A stretch of DNA of 57,116 nt, the filler included, from Catajapyx aquilonaris (lineage: Eukaryota), in the NCBI GenBank assembly GCA_000934665.2. It is 2 parts of 2 records of this genome, joined end to end, with 100 filler letters (N's around TTAATTAATTAA, not from the genome) between each part and the next. Parts side by side here need not be neighbours in the genome. Positions count along the whole stretch, not along the records: positions 1 to 28,455 come from JYFJ02004919.1; 1 more part is not named here. One strand, written 5' to 3'. Of the stretch, positions 1 through 12,996 are shown in pieces. The notes beneath the pieces are model-generated. The model saw only the letters and a program-made list of their open reading frames with translations. It was not told the origin of the DNA and made no database searches. Position 1 is the first letter of the stretch. Each line of letters opens with the position of its first letter. The position numbers were made by a program, and so were the translations under genes.

Positions 1-254
1 CTTTGTTCCCCCGTCCCTGATTGTCACCTCCAGAGGCTGATGGTCCGACTCAATCCTCGTTCCCACTTTCATGTCTTTGATTTCGCTCCATCCATCCCTG
101 CGTCATCATTTCTTCCCCCTGTACCCAGACGGATTTTTTTGTTTTAAAAAACCTACCTAAATAAATCAATGTCGATGACAATCTCTGAATTCACCATTTT
201 CATTATACTATAACACTACAACCGCTATTCCCGGGACCAACACGCATCAGTAGA

Positions 255-3200
255 ATGGGATTGATGCAGCTCCTCAGAGAAGAGGAGGAGGTGAGACAAC
301 AGGAGGAGAGAGAATGGGTTGCACGTAATGTAAGTATGTAAACTTAATTTCTCATTCTCATTATGTGGCACTTCAACTTTTATCCCAGGGACCGCGACCC
401 ATGAGTAGAACTGCACATTTGCAGGCTCTCATGAATGGAGAAGATCCACTATTATTAAGGCGTCAAGCCATTAGGGAATAGAGGTAAGAAATAGAACGGG
501 AGAGAAGAGAACGGAGGGCTAGAGCATGGAGTAATGTAAGTATATATCTCTTAATTTACCATTGCCATTATATAACATTGCCCAATTTTTATGGGTACCG
601 CACCAGAGACATCGTCTCAGATCGCCTCTTCTATCAAGAGGAGGAAGACCGAATGTTCAGTTACAATTGATCAACCGATCAGGCAGCGTCGGATCCCGCG
701 CTACCTGATCATTCACTCTACATCTATAATAATATAATCCTCCTGGGATAGTGCTTTCACCCCCAAATGGGGGTATATCACACAGACCTTTATTTTTGAA
801 CTATTATACAATATTGGAACCTATTATAGTTGAAGCGGTTCGCCGCATAACCCTGCGGAAGGAAGGCAAGGACGGCAAGGAGGCCCAAATCCAGCCAACA
901 CCCGTCGTGGTTCTGCCTTTTGACTCGCCTGACCTCAAGGGGGTTGTTGCGCTGGGTAAGTGTTGCTGTGCACTGCATAGTCCATCATAGTCAGTTCTCA
1001 ATAACACTCATATATATATTTGCCACTAGCATGTACAGCGTGATATCTTCCATTCTATGTTTAAACTGCTTACGAATCCACGACAACTCGGGCAATCATT
1101 GCCAAAATTTCCAATGTAGAATTGGCGGTGAAGGTGGCCAGCAGTTGAATGAAGCGGTGCAAACACCACCACCAGCATGCTGGACTCGTTGCCCCATATG
1201 TGGAGTTCAACTCTCTGTCCACAAATATGGAGCATATATGCATATGAGAGCACATGTTTACCCCCGGGCCAGTCACCAGAGAGAAGTATGTTGCTGCCCT
1301 GTTAAATCTGAAGAGGACTGAAGACTGAGAGGGGGCAAGATTCAATTCCGACACATTTGAATCCTCTACTTATGGTAAGTTGGGATTCCTAAATGAAAAC
1401 ATTAATTTATTGTCACAGGTATGATGCTTCCATGTATGCTTCAATGTACACAGAAAAATACCTTTGGAGCATATACCTCAGGATGCATGGGTTCCGCAAC
1501 TTCGGATTGTTTAGATTGAATTACATTCCACAGGCCACTGACCTTCAGACAATAATTGAGGGGCTGAGGATCAAAAACCGCCAAGTGACATTTTATGAAA
1601 ATGAGATAGGCACGGAATATGCTTCTGGTGGGTTCCCTACACATTACCTCTGAATTTCGTGTCAAAAAGCGCACCACTTCCCCTGGTAATCGAGGGTTGA
1701 ATAGCAGGCTGAGGATCAAAACCCGCCAACTGCGAAGCGAATCTCCGTAAAATGTGAATCAAAAACCGCCAACTACTACGTCAGAAATGAGGGAAGTGTT
1801 GAAAATGTTTCAAAAACCGTCTACTGCAGCGGTTCCCGGTTTTTCGGTTGCGCGCGCGACACGGCAAGTCCTGACATGGCGTCCAAGGCAGTGGGCTGCT
1901 GCTGGGAGCGTTTCTCCTTTTCCAACAAACAGACACTAGCTGCAGCGGCATAAACATGGCCGAGCGTGTGCAGGAAGTGACTCCGAAGGAGGCCAGGAAA
2001 AAGGCGTCGTCGCCCAAGCAATGGCGAAGAGAAGGCAAGAGAACGAAGGCGTAAGTATTGTGCACACTGCACAGAGCCAGGCTGTGCGCTATGCATGAAA
2101 AATTAGTGGTTAGAGACCTTCTCCTTTTACATTCAGTGCCACGTGTTCCATTGTGCAGGTACTCACCCAAAGGCCCAGCTAAAATGCCGTCATGCAACCA
2201 TGAGAAGAGAAAGAAAGCATACGCATGTGGGTCACTAACATCGAAAGATGTGGTCTCCTTTCACGATTGCTTCTACGCAGTGAAAACTCGAGCTGCACAA
2301 GATGCATTCATACTAAAGCGCTGGCATCAGGTACTGCCCCCGTGCTGGAGACCTACCAGGATGTGCCCATTGAACTTGGGCTGATCAAGGCATTTTACTT
2401 CACCTTCCCAAAAGATCATGTGGGAAACAAGAGAGCAAATGTTAGGTCAGTGTACTGCTACGTAATGACCTTACCAGATACACACACATCCCCTGAAAAA
2501 GAAATCAGGATGTACATTGGCAGTAACACATCAGGCAGTGAGCTGAACAACAGCACTGTTATCACACGCAACTGATTATCTGCATGTGTATTGCCGTACA
2601 TGATGGGAGCTTATGATGGTGCATGGTGCGCTGACCCAACGTATAGGCAAGCTCCTGCTTCACTGATGGTTGTAGCACGAGAAATCAGCAATTGGACTGT
2701 CAATGATTTTCTGGACTGCTGGGCATGTTTCCCAGGATTTTGGATGGCAACACAGACTCATAACTTTGCAATGCGTGTCAAGCCTGAATATGTGTCAGAC
2801 CAAGGGAGGAAGCATCTGATCGGCCAGATTTATGCTCATAAGAACGAGCTCAAGTTGTTTAGATCCCCAGCCCCTCAATTATGTGAAATTGAAAAGATAT
2901 TACCTGGTGGCTTTGTTGTGTACGACTATCTTTGCTCTGAAAATTATTGCTTCATCTTTGGGTTACGTGGGTGAGATTTTTACTCGCCAGAAGAGAAAAA
3001 CTTCAGTGACCAGCCTCCCAACTGCACCTCCAAACTAACAAAAAAAATATGTCAACCCTTCGTAATGAACTCCATTGTCACCACACCATGACAGCATAAC
3101 AACCAGCACACGTCAAACACAAAATCAGGCCAGCATGAGATTATTACACAACCACATCGAAGAACATTTCCGAGAGTCAGATCCTGAGAAGAAGGACCAG

Positions 3201-5222
3201 GTTGGAAAGTCTCTGCTATCAAAATATTTCATTTTCGAGCTGGATATTATTTCCTATGCCTTTTCACAAGTCAAATTTAAGGCCTGCGGAATTGTGTTGC
3301 CATTAGAGAAGACCAGGCACTTTTCTCAATAAGGTACACCGGGGTAAGTGGAACCCAGGGCCGAAAGTCACACTGAAAAGAGTATTAGGTCCGCCATATA
3401 TACCGCGGGAACCAATGTAGCTTATCCCAGGAAGGGGCAGCATTAACTTCGGAGATTAAAAAAAAAAAAAGGATTTCGCAAGGCAGGAATTTATCCATTC
3501 TGTGACACGCTCATTTCAATGGAAAAGTATTTTCTCACTGCCTGGGTTATATCCAGATTATATCATACCACGTTATACCTTCCCCAAAGTTAAAAAAATA
3601 ATTTGACCGATTGGAAACAATCTTCGGCCCAATCTTCAGAGAAACACTCAAGATTCAATGCAACCTGAGACTACAATGAATTGATACAAAATGCTCAGAA
3701 CATGTACCAAGAGTCGAAGGAAAATTACACGATTTTATGCTGTCAATTAGACACATTATATATGATGCAGAATGGTGATGCCAGTGAAATGGGTAAACAC
3801 TGGACCCCATACAACTATCTGCAGTCACTCACTTGCACTCTTGACTCTTACAGTTAGTCTCTTATTCAGATCAGATGACTATACTGGACGAGGAAGGACC
3901 ATCAGAAGCATCCGAGATGAACTCTATCCAACTTTTCCACCTGTTTTTGGGCCTCTTATTCAGTATCTTTTTACAGCGCCTTTATTCCCACATTTGCCTC
4001 CGCCTTTCTGGCCTCCTCTACCTCCTGCTCAATGTCTTGATCCCCTCCTCCTCCGCATTTAAGAAGAAAAACCATGATATAGCAATTAATTGGCAACCAT
4101 AACGGACAACGGCAGACAATCACCATTACCATGTTAAACAAGCATACAACCATCTGTACCAAGGAAGAGAAAATGTTAAACTGTTGAGAAAAAAAGACTA
4201 ACCCCTTAGTGGGACAGATATAATAGATATCATGCGAGTCCACCGGGTTCACGACTTCAACGGGGTATGTCGGGTTAACCCAGTGTTTGCCTTGAAGTAT
4301 ATTGCAAATCCAAACCGACATACTGTCATTGACAATTACAGACGTTACTTACGGCAAGGCGTAACCAAAACCGACCTGGTGAGTATCGTAGACAAATATG
4401 AGGCGGGGCAGGCGCTGTGCACAATACACTAAAATTACACAACATTAACACGGATGACTTTGACTTCGATTAGTGCGATCGAAAATCATTAGGGGGTGCA
4501 ACCACCACCAATTTGCCTGCGACCCTAAGTGCCAGTACTTCGCAGGCGCCAACAGCCCAAGATCTGCAAGTCGCTGCGAATTTGCAACTAACGTCGACAG
4601 TGGATCCACTACAGAATCCGAATCCAGCAACACCAGACAAGGTAGAGCATGGGCCAGGACAGCAACCTGTGGGCAGAAAACTATCCGCTCGACGTAATAC
4701 TCGCCAACTTACCCGACGAGATGCTGATGCAAATAACCGACCCGGACATGATAAGCCTAATACACAGCGAACGTCAGTGAACACTGGAAAACTGAAGCTG
4801 TACTGTATGCTGCAGGTGTGAAATGACTGTTATACATGTGCGCCGCGCGCTTTGTTGCATTTTGACCCAATTTGATGTTTTATCGGGACGATCGCAACGA
4901 ATATCCAGCTTGTATGGTCGGAGACTCAACTCGCCATGCTTGTAGGTACTGTGTCAAGCCTCGTTGCTTACACCAGCATCAACACCATCATCTCTCGGGA
5001 GCGATTTTGCAATTTTTGATTGAAATGGCCGTGGGAGTTCATTTTGTTTTCGTTGTTAGAAATTATTGCAATGTGGCTAGGGTATATATGGCCCAACGGC
5101 CGTTCATTCCCCGAATTACAGGTGATTGTTATGCTTAAAGGAAGTGTTCATACAGCAGTCGGTGGTACTGCAACAGCCAGGAGTCCATGAAACTGTTGTG
5201 TAAAACCACCATAACCAATAAA
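255..5222 (+). pseudogene. Decayed island of spliced orphan ORFs (possible endogenous viral element or transposon cargo)
   Basis: Protein-like + strand frames broken by stops and frameshifts (2225-2974 in one frame with one TGA; 3075-3332; 3875-4432). GTAAGT donors at 330, 536, 956 and 1375. C2H2-like motif at about 1190-1255. AATAAA at 5217. No family recognised. Confidence 0.4.
1558..2320 (+). mobile_element. Truncated Sola-like DNA transposon (left end plus 5' part of transposase)
   Basis: AATT|GAGGGGC terminus and five TCAAAAACCGCCAACT-like subterminal repeats (1571, 1662, 1716, 1759, 1810). Spliced frame 1956-2050 + 2159-~2320 (phase 2) gives MAERVQEVTPKEARKK...WRREGKRTKA/YSPKGPAKMPSCNH...C..LTSKDVVSFHDCFY...QDAFILK, resembling the N-terminus of insect Sola-type transposases. 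Confidence 0.55.
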
Positions 5223-6839
5223 AGGTGGACTCAAAATTTGGGCTCTATGTGATGTTGTAACCATCTAGCTCTTAACAGTGGCTATCTGGGTATAGAATAT
5301 GCAAAGGTGGGACAACTCTTGAACCCACATTTGATGTGGAATGTGGGCTGTTCTTCACCCCCGCCTAAACAATAAGACAAACACAATCGGCAATCAGAAA
5401 GCCAGCATAAGCTGTGTTTCATGTCTGCTTGGTCAACCAAGACAAGCGGTCATGTCAGTAAGTGCCACTGACCTTCCTTTGATACTAGTTGTGTGAATAA
5501 GCAGGAAATTTCACACTCAATATGCAGCCAAAGGTGATATCTGACTCTAATACAGATACTGCAGCAGCTCATATCATGTGCTTGCCAACTTTGATCACAA
5601 GGGTCTTATGTAACGATACATGAGCAGACTTGAGCCTTCCAGGCAGCAAATGGCATGTTGCATCCAGTCTTGAACGAGGAGAACGCTTGGATTAGGCCCC
5701 TGGGTCTTCTTCCCAACTGCCACCCTCACGTTGTCCCCGCCAGCATCCCGCAAGGGATCTCTTGATGGTTGGGGGATTGAAGCCCTTCCCTTCCCTCCTT
5801 CCCAAAGGCCTCTACCTTCATGTTGTTCCTCCCAAGTCCTTCCCCTCAGTCCTCCAGCATGGTTCTATCTTCTCTTTTTTTTTTTTGGCTCAAGTCAACT
5901 CTATTATCACTTTAAGTGAGTGTAAGTATTTTTTCTGACACATTGGGAACACAACAACTCAAAGTGGCAAGGACTACTAGTTCAGCACGGCTAACATGCT
6001 TACAGCTGCAAATGGGGAGACTTGTGCAACCTTCGAAGAGTTAGACCAAATCCACCGGATTTACAAAACATTAATAGCTCTCAAGATTTATCACCTTTGT
6101 TGTCAAGCATTTGTTGTAAACAAAGTCTGAAGCTAACAAACCAACAGACTGAATTGCATCATCAGCTGGTAGATGCACAGGACCTGTGTACACAGTGGTA
6201 TATTTTACAATGTGCAATTTGCGTACATGGTATGGGGTCACAGAGCAATAAAGGACACCATGGTATACTGTAGGAACTTATGACTTGAACCACTCAAACA
6301 AATAGCATAATGGGTTTGTCAAGTGATGAAAATAAACTTGACCTGAAAGCCTCCAAGCATTGAATAGAAGACGGCTATGAGCTGGACCAAAAATCATAAA
6401 ACCAACCATGTAACACAAATTTCTTTCCCATTATACGGGGCTTGTATCATTTAAAAAATCAATTATAAGCTAGTGTGATCAGTAGGGCGTGGTTTGACGC
6501 TGAGGAGAAACTGGCGGAGAGGAACAAGATGAGAATAGTCGAGTAGTCCCAGCTGCATGCTGATTGAAGTTGTTGAATGTGGGCAGCACATGTAGAAGGG
6601 AACAGCAATGGAGCAAGGCAGGGTAGGTATATCAATAGGTTGGTGAATTCAGGTGGAACTCTTGAAGATGGCTTGACTCAAGGACGAAGATCGTTGCCTC
6701 CCTATGTTGACACTTGGCAATGTCAGTTCTGAAACCATCTTCCAGCATCCAGTTTCTTGACCTGACAGCAGTAAGCTCCCAAACCCAAGCATCAGTTGGT
6801 AAGCTTGCGGGCATACTGACAGCATTGACTGGGGCTTTG

Positions 6840-7290
6840 GCAGCACATAGTTGTCAAACCTGTCAAAGAGGAAATTGGCAAAATTAATATTCAGTCTAGT
6901 CATGTCACTACCCAATAAACACTCTTTATTACATATATTCTAAATGCAATGCAAGTGGCAGTTAAGACCAGAACTGTACCCAGTTCCACCCAAAATGTGA
7001 GCCAAATTATTTTTTAGTTGTATGAAGAACCACCTATCACAATTTTACTTCCGAATTTCTAATGCATATTTCAGTAAAACTGGCTTCGTTTCTCTTTGGT
7101 GCATCCACTGGAGTAAATAAATGTGCATCAACACCCGCCTTGTTCAGGTCCTATATTACCACAATGGAAACCAAGGTCACAACTTGCATACCAGTTGTTC
7201 CCAATGTCGACTGTGATTCATATCAGGGGATATCTACACACTTTCTGACTCTAGTAGCCAGTTATAATTTGCACAATACATTAAAAACAA
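6840..7290 (-). mobile_element. Possible highly degraded non-LTR retrotransposon endonuclease relic
   Basis: Fragmented motifs (VLC..WL..VDIP.YE; FIGSD..LNINF) loosely resemble APE endonuclease motifs. Many stops. Confidence 0.25.
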
Positions 7291-7295
7291 GATAA

Positions 7296-7462
7296 GGCCG
7301 CCCGGGTTCACACGTGACCACTTTTGGAAATACACAGGATCGAGTGAGCGAGTGGCCAGTGGCCACATGTGAATGCTCTCATTCAATCCTGTGTATTTCC
7401 AAAAGTGGTCAGTTGCTCAGGCCAGTTACTGCCACTAAAAGTGGCCACATATGAACTGGGTC
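7296..7462. mobile_element. PIF/Harbinger-like fold-back MITE
   Basis: TAA on both flanks. Perfect internal inverted arm GACCACTTTTGGAAATACACAGGAT / ATCCTGTGTATTTCCAAAAGTGGTC. Confidence 0.65.
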
Positions 7463-7585
7463 TAAGATGTCTCACTATGCTTGGACAACAATACAGCATG
7501 ACACTAAAAAAAAAGTAGTGTTATGAATCCAGCCTCACTTCCCCTCAACATGTCAGCTGTTAATGTTGAGCCAGCAGAAGTCTAA

Positions 7586-7712
7586 TGCCTGATTGCACCA
7601 ATGAAATTATCGATTCGATAGCTCCGAACAGATCGTTAGCACATGTTAAAAGGGCTCCTAACCATCCATTAGGAGCTATCGGATTGGTAATTTCGGTTGG
7701 TGCAATTTGGCA
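7586..7712. mobile_element. Short palindromic MITE
   Basis: TGCCTGATTGCACCAA ... TTGGTGCAATTTGGCA terminal inverted repeat with TAA/TGA flanks. Confidence 0.55.
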
Positions 7713-7794
7713 TGAATGCAATATCCTATTGCCTGTACATGCTGTAAAGTGAATTTAAAAGCAGAACATAAATGGGCATGAAATTGGTGCAAAA

Positions 7795-8472
7795 TTTGTT
7801 GGCAATGGGGAAGTAGCCTTGGTCTGGGATTTGGGATTTTTGTTCATAACATGCCTGTAAACATACATTCCACCACTCTGTTGCATCAAAATGACATTAC
7901 TGGATAAATTACGGCACATTTAAAAGTGCCTTCAAAATTGGCGGGAAAAACGCCGCAGCCAATCGAAAGGGTACACTGAAATGCCTGGTTGACTGCGAGA
8001 TATGAGGAATTTGACTTTGAATTAACCGCGGACACGACGGAAAGGATTCGCAAGGCGGGTGTAGGTCATCGAGGTGGAGAAGGGGGGCCTTTATGTGACT
8101 AATTCGGGAGACAGATATTTCCGGGCTGGTGGCACCACTGTCAGCACAGGAGCGACTTGAGCGGCCTGGAATAAATACGCGCCCCGGCCGCTATCTTGCT
8201 CACGGAATGGGACGGTTGCTAACAACAGCGAAGCATTTTACGACAATGACGGGGCGCGTTCTATAACACCATTTTTGCGTTCATTTCACTTCGCGTGACG
8301 TCAATATTTTCCAGGCAAACAGTGACGTCACCATTTGCCTACGAAAAAACGCCAATATCTCCGGAACTGAAACTGATATCTTAAAACGGAATATGCCAAA
8401 AAAATCCAAAAAATATGGGCGAATTTATTATGTAGTTTCCAAAATGAAGGCTACTTCCCCATTGTCCCAAAA
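7795..8472. mobile_element. Non-autonomous TIR element
   Basis: CAATGGGGAAGTAGCCTT (7803-7820) is inverted with AAGGCTACTTCCCCATTG (8447-8464). Confidence 0.55.
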
Positions 8473-8738
8473 TACAGTACAGTTGGTTAAAGGATTTCCT
8501 TTACACATGAAGCGGGATTATTAGCCTCCAAAAGTTATGGTACTACCCCATAAAATTTTGATCTATATGTGAGTATACATTGAGTATCTGCGACTACACA
8601 CATTAACTTAGGAAAATTCAAAGACAAGCAAAGTCTCTTTTGCATGTCTATTAAATGTGATTTGTTATAAGCCCTGCTATCCCTGCTACTGTGCAGGCAG
8701 GCAGAGACACGTCGCTAGGTAGTCCGCATCACCCGCTC

Positions 8739-8888
8739 TTTGTAAACAGTGGCAACAATGGAAAGAACACTAAGCACTCTCCATGTCCTGATGTTTGAAT
8801 TGGCCCACCCGCTGGGGCTGCCAGGTAACGGAGCGCCGTCACCGACAAAAAAATAACATTCAGAGGCGGCTAATGTGTCCCATCACTG
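8739..8888. mobile_element. Partial copy (right arm) of the 16459-16785 MITE family
   Basis: Shares TTTGTAAACAGTGGCAACAATGGAA...CTGATGTTTGAATTGGCCC...TGCCAGGTAACG...CACTGTA with the right arm of that element. Confidence 0.7.
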
Positions 8889-9529
8889 TACTATGACTAG
8901 ATCAGGTGACATCAGAGCCACTGTTAAACTTTAGCTGATGGTGTACAGTGGTGAAAATCAACGGAGAAGCACAAGTGTTGCCTCGTGGCGAAGTTTTCCC
9001 TCAATATGAAACATTCCACCACTGTGCAATGAAATTTTTGAAGTATTACAAATTTTTACCACAAACCTGAATTTACTTCAGGAAACAGTACAGGTAATGT
9101 TTACAGTAAATTGAAATTGTCAAGTTCTGCTGTAATGATCCAGCAGTATGTTACCAACATATAAGCTAGTCATTTCTGATTGCGACAATAAACAAATTGA
9201 AGCGATAAAATGTAATTTTTCTGATAGATGAGGTACCACTTAAAAGGTACATCCCATTCGGAGAGGAAAAAAAAATCCCCTAATGTCAACATATGTCCAC
9301 ACCAGGTCTCAGGAGGCTATAACCCAAACTGTCAGAATTATTTACTATGACACATACGAATTATTTCTAGTTTGCACAAGGTAAAGTTTGTTCCAGGTTC
9401 AGGTAGGTTTTTCTTATGCACTGTTGAAGGATTAAAAGCAGATCCAAACATATGGATTGAATTGCCAGTGGGATCACACCAAGTGACTCCGCTGAATCTC
9501 TCGAGAATTTCTGAGTGGCGAGCCGAGAG

Positions 9530-9873
9530 TGCCTGCCCATATGTCGCCAGGAGAAGTCATGGCAGAGAGACAGTGTTGGTCACATGGACTAAGGCAGAAG
9601 TAGGGACACTTGAGGACGGTATCTGTAATTGCCCTGGCCGTTAGACAGGGTCTCTGATTGTCCGTCACACTCCCGAGCTTATTCCGGAATTGCTGCACCA
9701 TTTGCTCAGACGTGACATCTCTGGACCATACAGTCCAGAAGCCAGCGATGAATGTTGTGTGTCATAATTCAAATATTGACCACTGGTACGAAACATCTGT
9801 CCTAACTAGTGCCTTAGTCCATGTGACCAACACTCTCTGTCTGGTATGACTTCTGGAGGCATATGGGCGGGCA
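9530..9873. repeat. Long imperfect inverted repeat (MITE-like)
   Basis: Arms of about 65 bp at 9530-9597 and 9810-9873, including AGTGTTGGTCACATGGACTAAGGCA / TGCCTTAGTCCATGTGACCAACACT. Confidence 0.65.
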
Positions 9874-12557
9874 TGTTCTGCCCACCACTCAGTCTCGTCT
9901 GACGGCTGCAGAGCGTGTGAATAAGGTGCAAGAATGTACCTACCCTTCCTATAAAGTAGAGGAAGGATCAACGTATCTGCCCATGCTAATTTTTACAAGG
10001 TCAGGTGCACGGCATCGACACTGTAGCATCGTGAAACTTACTTACCAACTGCCCCTCGTACATTTATGTTACCTAGCAAGTCACTACTTTTGATAATGAA
10101 CCTGACAGGCCACACAAATCCAAACACTGCATTGAAATTAATTACAAAAACTCGAACATGGAATATTATAAAATGTTCATGACTCGTGGACCTTTTCAGA
10201 TATTGCTACATTTTGCTGCACCACATTTAACGGTGACATTTACTAATAAATTGACGCTTTGTCTCCCGCTCGATTCTGCACTGTTCGGGTGGGGGGTTTA
10301 AAAAGAGCGCCCTAGGTGAAAATCACAGGATCTGGCACCATTGGTTTTGCTCTCGATTCATGCACAAGAGGGGGCTGAACATTGCGAGACATGCCAACTT
10401 ATGTTGCATATCGAGAGAGGGCTCATGTATTATGCACAAGACGGTGACGTCATCCTATGATGTCATCTACACGGTTTTTCAAAGGCGGCTTCTACCCATC
10501 TCAAAAATCCAAGAATGTTCTATATGGTAGCTCAGTCTCTGATAAATTACAAAAACATTAGTGTCCTTTAAAAAAATAAAAAAAAGCTGGCTCAGGTTAT
10601 GAGTCGGCAACATCCAGTGCTCGGAGCAGTCCACCCAGCCAATTAGGAGCGAGGACACTCTCAACGACCAACCTTGCACCATGGTTTTTTGCCTACAGTT
10701 CACAGATCGTTCTGATTTTTTCCCTGGCGAAAATAAGTCGCAGAATTTTGGGAATATCTAATGGTTTTCAGCTGCACAGCCACATGCGGGAAATGTGCAA
10801 CAGGGAGCTGTGTATTAAAATTCATGCAGTAAGTGATTGTTTCGGGTGGTTTTAAATGAATGAAACCTTTGGCCCATGACATCGTGCCGTTCAAAATATC
10901 ATGCGATAGCGTAAAAATAATACTCATGAACATAGAACTATGAACATTTTAAAAGACTATAGTGGATGAAATTTCTGAGGGTGTTATACCAGTGAATTCT
11001 TTTTTTTTAATTTTTTTTTTTGTTGTATTATAATACAACTAAATCAGACCGCGGGAGACCAAGGTTTAAAATGCGATGACATTATTTAGACCTCAGTCCA
11101 ATGTGCTAGGATAAAATTTTCAACTCAATGAGAAAGGGTTTTTAATATCCCTTCATTCAATAATACAGAGAAAATTTCAGCCTAAGTTGAAGCAACATTG
11201 TGCAAAATCGTGGGCTCATAACACAACCTTGCAATATGGCAACAGTGGATGACAATTTCAAACTTATGCAGCTCTACAACTGGAATTAATTAATGTCATC
11301 TCAGAAGTTAAACTTGGCTCAAACTCGTAACTTGTATCCCATTGTAGTAACCATCACAGCAATCCATCACATTATGCAACTGGTACAACATATTCAGTAA
11401 TATTACTAATTTTCGTTCAGTGAACAATACTCCAGACTGCCAATTCTTCATCTTCGTCGCAAAAATTACACATGCTCATCCACACCACAGTGCACCAAGA
11501 AAATCTCATTTTGACCACTTAAATTGAAGAGCTATTTCATGCAAATTGTTGCAATGGCCCCACACCATGTCCATAATTCAAGTGACATTCCATAGAAATT
11601 GTGCCTGTTAAATGTATAATCTGTATTAAAACAGACATTACAGAAAACAAATACATTAAAAGCAGGCCAGTGATTTGCATAACCATCCCAAATATCTACC
11701 ACAAATCTTAGGCCAAGATAAAACACACATTAAAAATTAAGCCGGCACTCTAAATGTTTCAAACAGTAACTGAATCATTGCAGTGGGCACGACTATAACT
11801 TGAATTGACCTTCACTTTCCCACTAATTAGCCTTTGGTCTACTGCACTGCACATTGGAGGAACACAACCTGCTGTTTACAACAAACTACTGATAGCTCTT
11901 AGTTAGTGGGCAGTTAAAATACTATCCGAAATTAGGAAGACTGACAACTTTCTACTGTGACTGCTGGTTCACATCGTCAAGTTGCAGCATGATGTGGACA
12001 CTTTAAAACATGCAAATGAACAGTGTAACAACATTTTATGGGTGGTAGCCCCTAAGACTGTACAACAATTTTCAACAATGAATCTTTTCAACATCTTCTG
12101 GTTGTTGTTATACTTTTTTTTATATTTGCCCTAACTCAAATTCAGATCCATGTAGAGCTTCGAAATTTTGAACACAGATCCCCACTGCCATGAGGTGCAT
12201 TCATACCATTTTCAGCTAAACTAAATTCCTCTTCAAAAAGCCTCAGAAAAATTAAAAACCACTAAAATATGCGCGTTTATTTTTTTTGCTCCATAACTGT
12301 TTGGAATTCGGTTTCTTCATCAAAGGGCTGAATGTGCAGTAGGATGGTGCGGATCTATGTTAAAAACCTCGTAGTTCCACCTGACTACAGGACTGAAGTT
12401 ATGATTTTTCTTCCCCCTAATTTTTTCCGTCATTACTAGTTCATTTGTTCATGATTCCATCACCTAGCAATGTTGATTGTTCTTTCCCAACTGGCTATAT
12501 TGTTAGCAAAATGCTACCCTGATGCTCTGGGGTGAACGCATTGTACTGTACTTATTA

Positions 12558-12990
12558 CAGTTGAATCCGAATATAACAACCTCGGCTGTAACAGACTTTT
12601 GTTTATCAAGGCCTGTCCCGGGATGCTTCCATAAGGCCCAGTGTATTTGACTCCTGATATAACACACTCATTTTCACCTCACCTCGGGTGTATGACACAC
12701 CATTTCTTGGCCCCTCGGGAAAATATATCGCAGTTTTCCAGATATAAAATTTGCAAAAAGGAGACTACAGAAGAAAATTTCTGATCTTTTGGTCCTGCAT
12801 AATTTTCGGGTGCGCTAATGTTGCATTTTTGACAGATTTCTTCGGTATGTAGTCTGGAAGTGCCTAGAACAGCCATAATGAAAGCAGAAATCTCTGTTTT
12901 CGTTGCGGGATGATTTGGCTATAACAGATCTTGGTTAGAACAGATTTTTTTCCGCGGTCTCTTGACGTTTGTTTTATCAGGATTCAACTG
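12558..12990. mobile_element. Tc1/pogo-type MITE
   Basis: TA|CAGTTGAATCC ... GGATTCAACTG|TA. Related diverged copy at about 27440-27962. Confidence 0.7.
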
Positions 12991-12996
12991 TAATGT

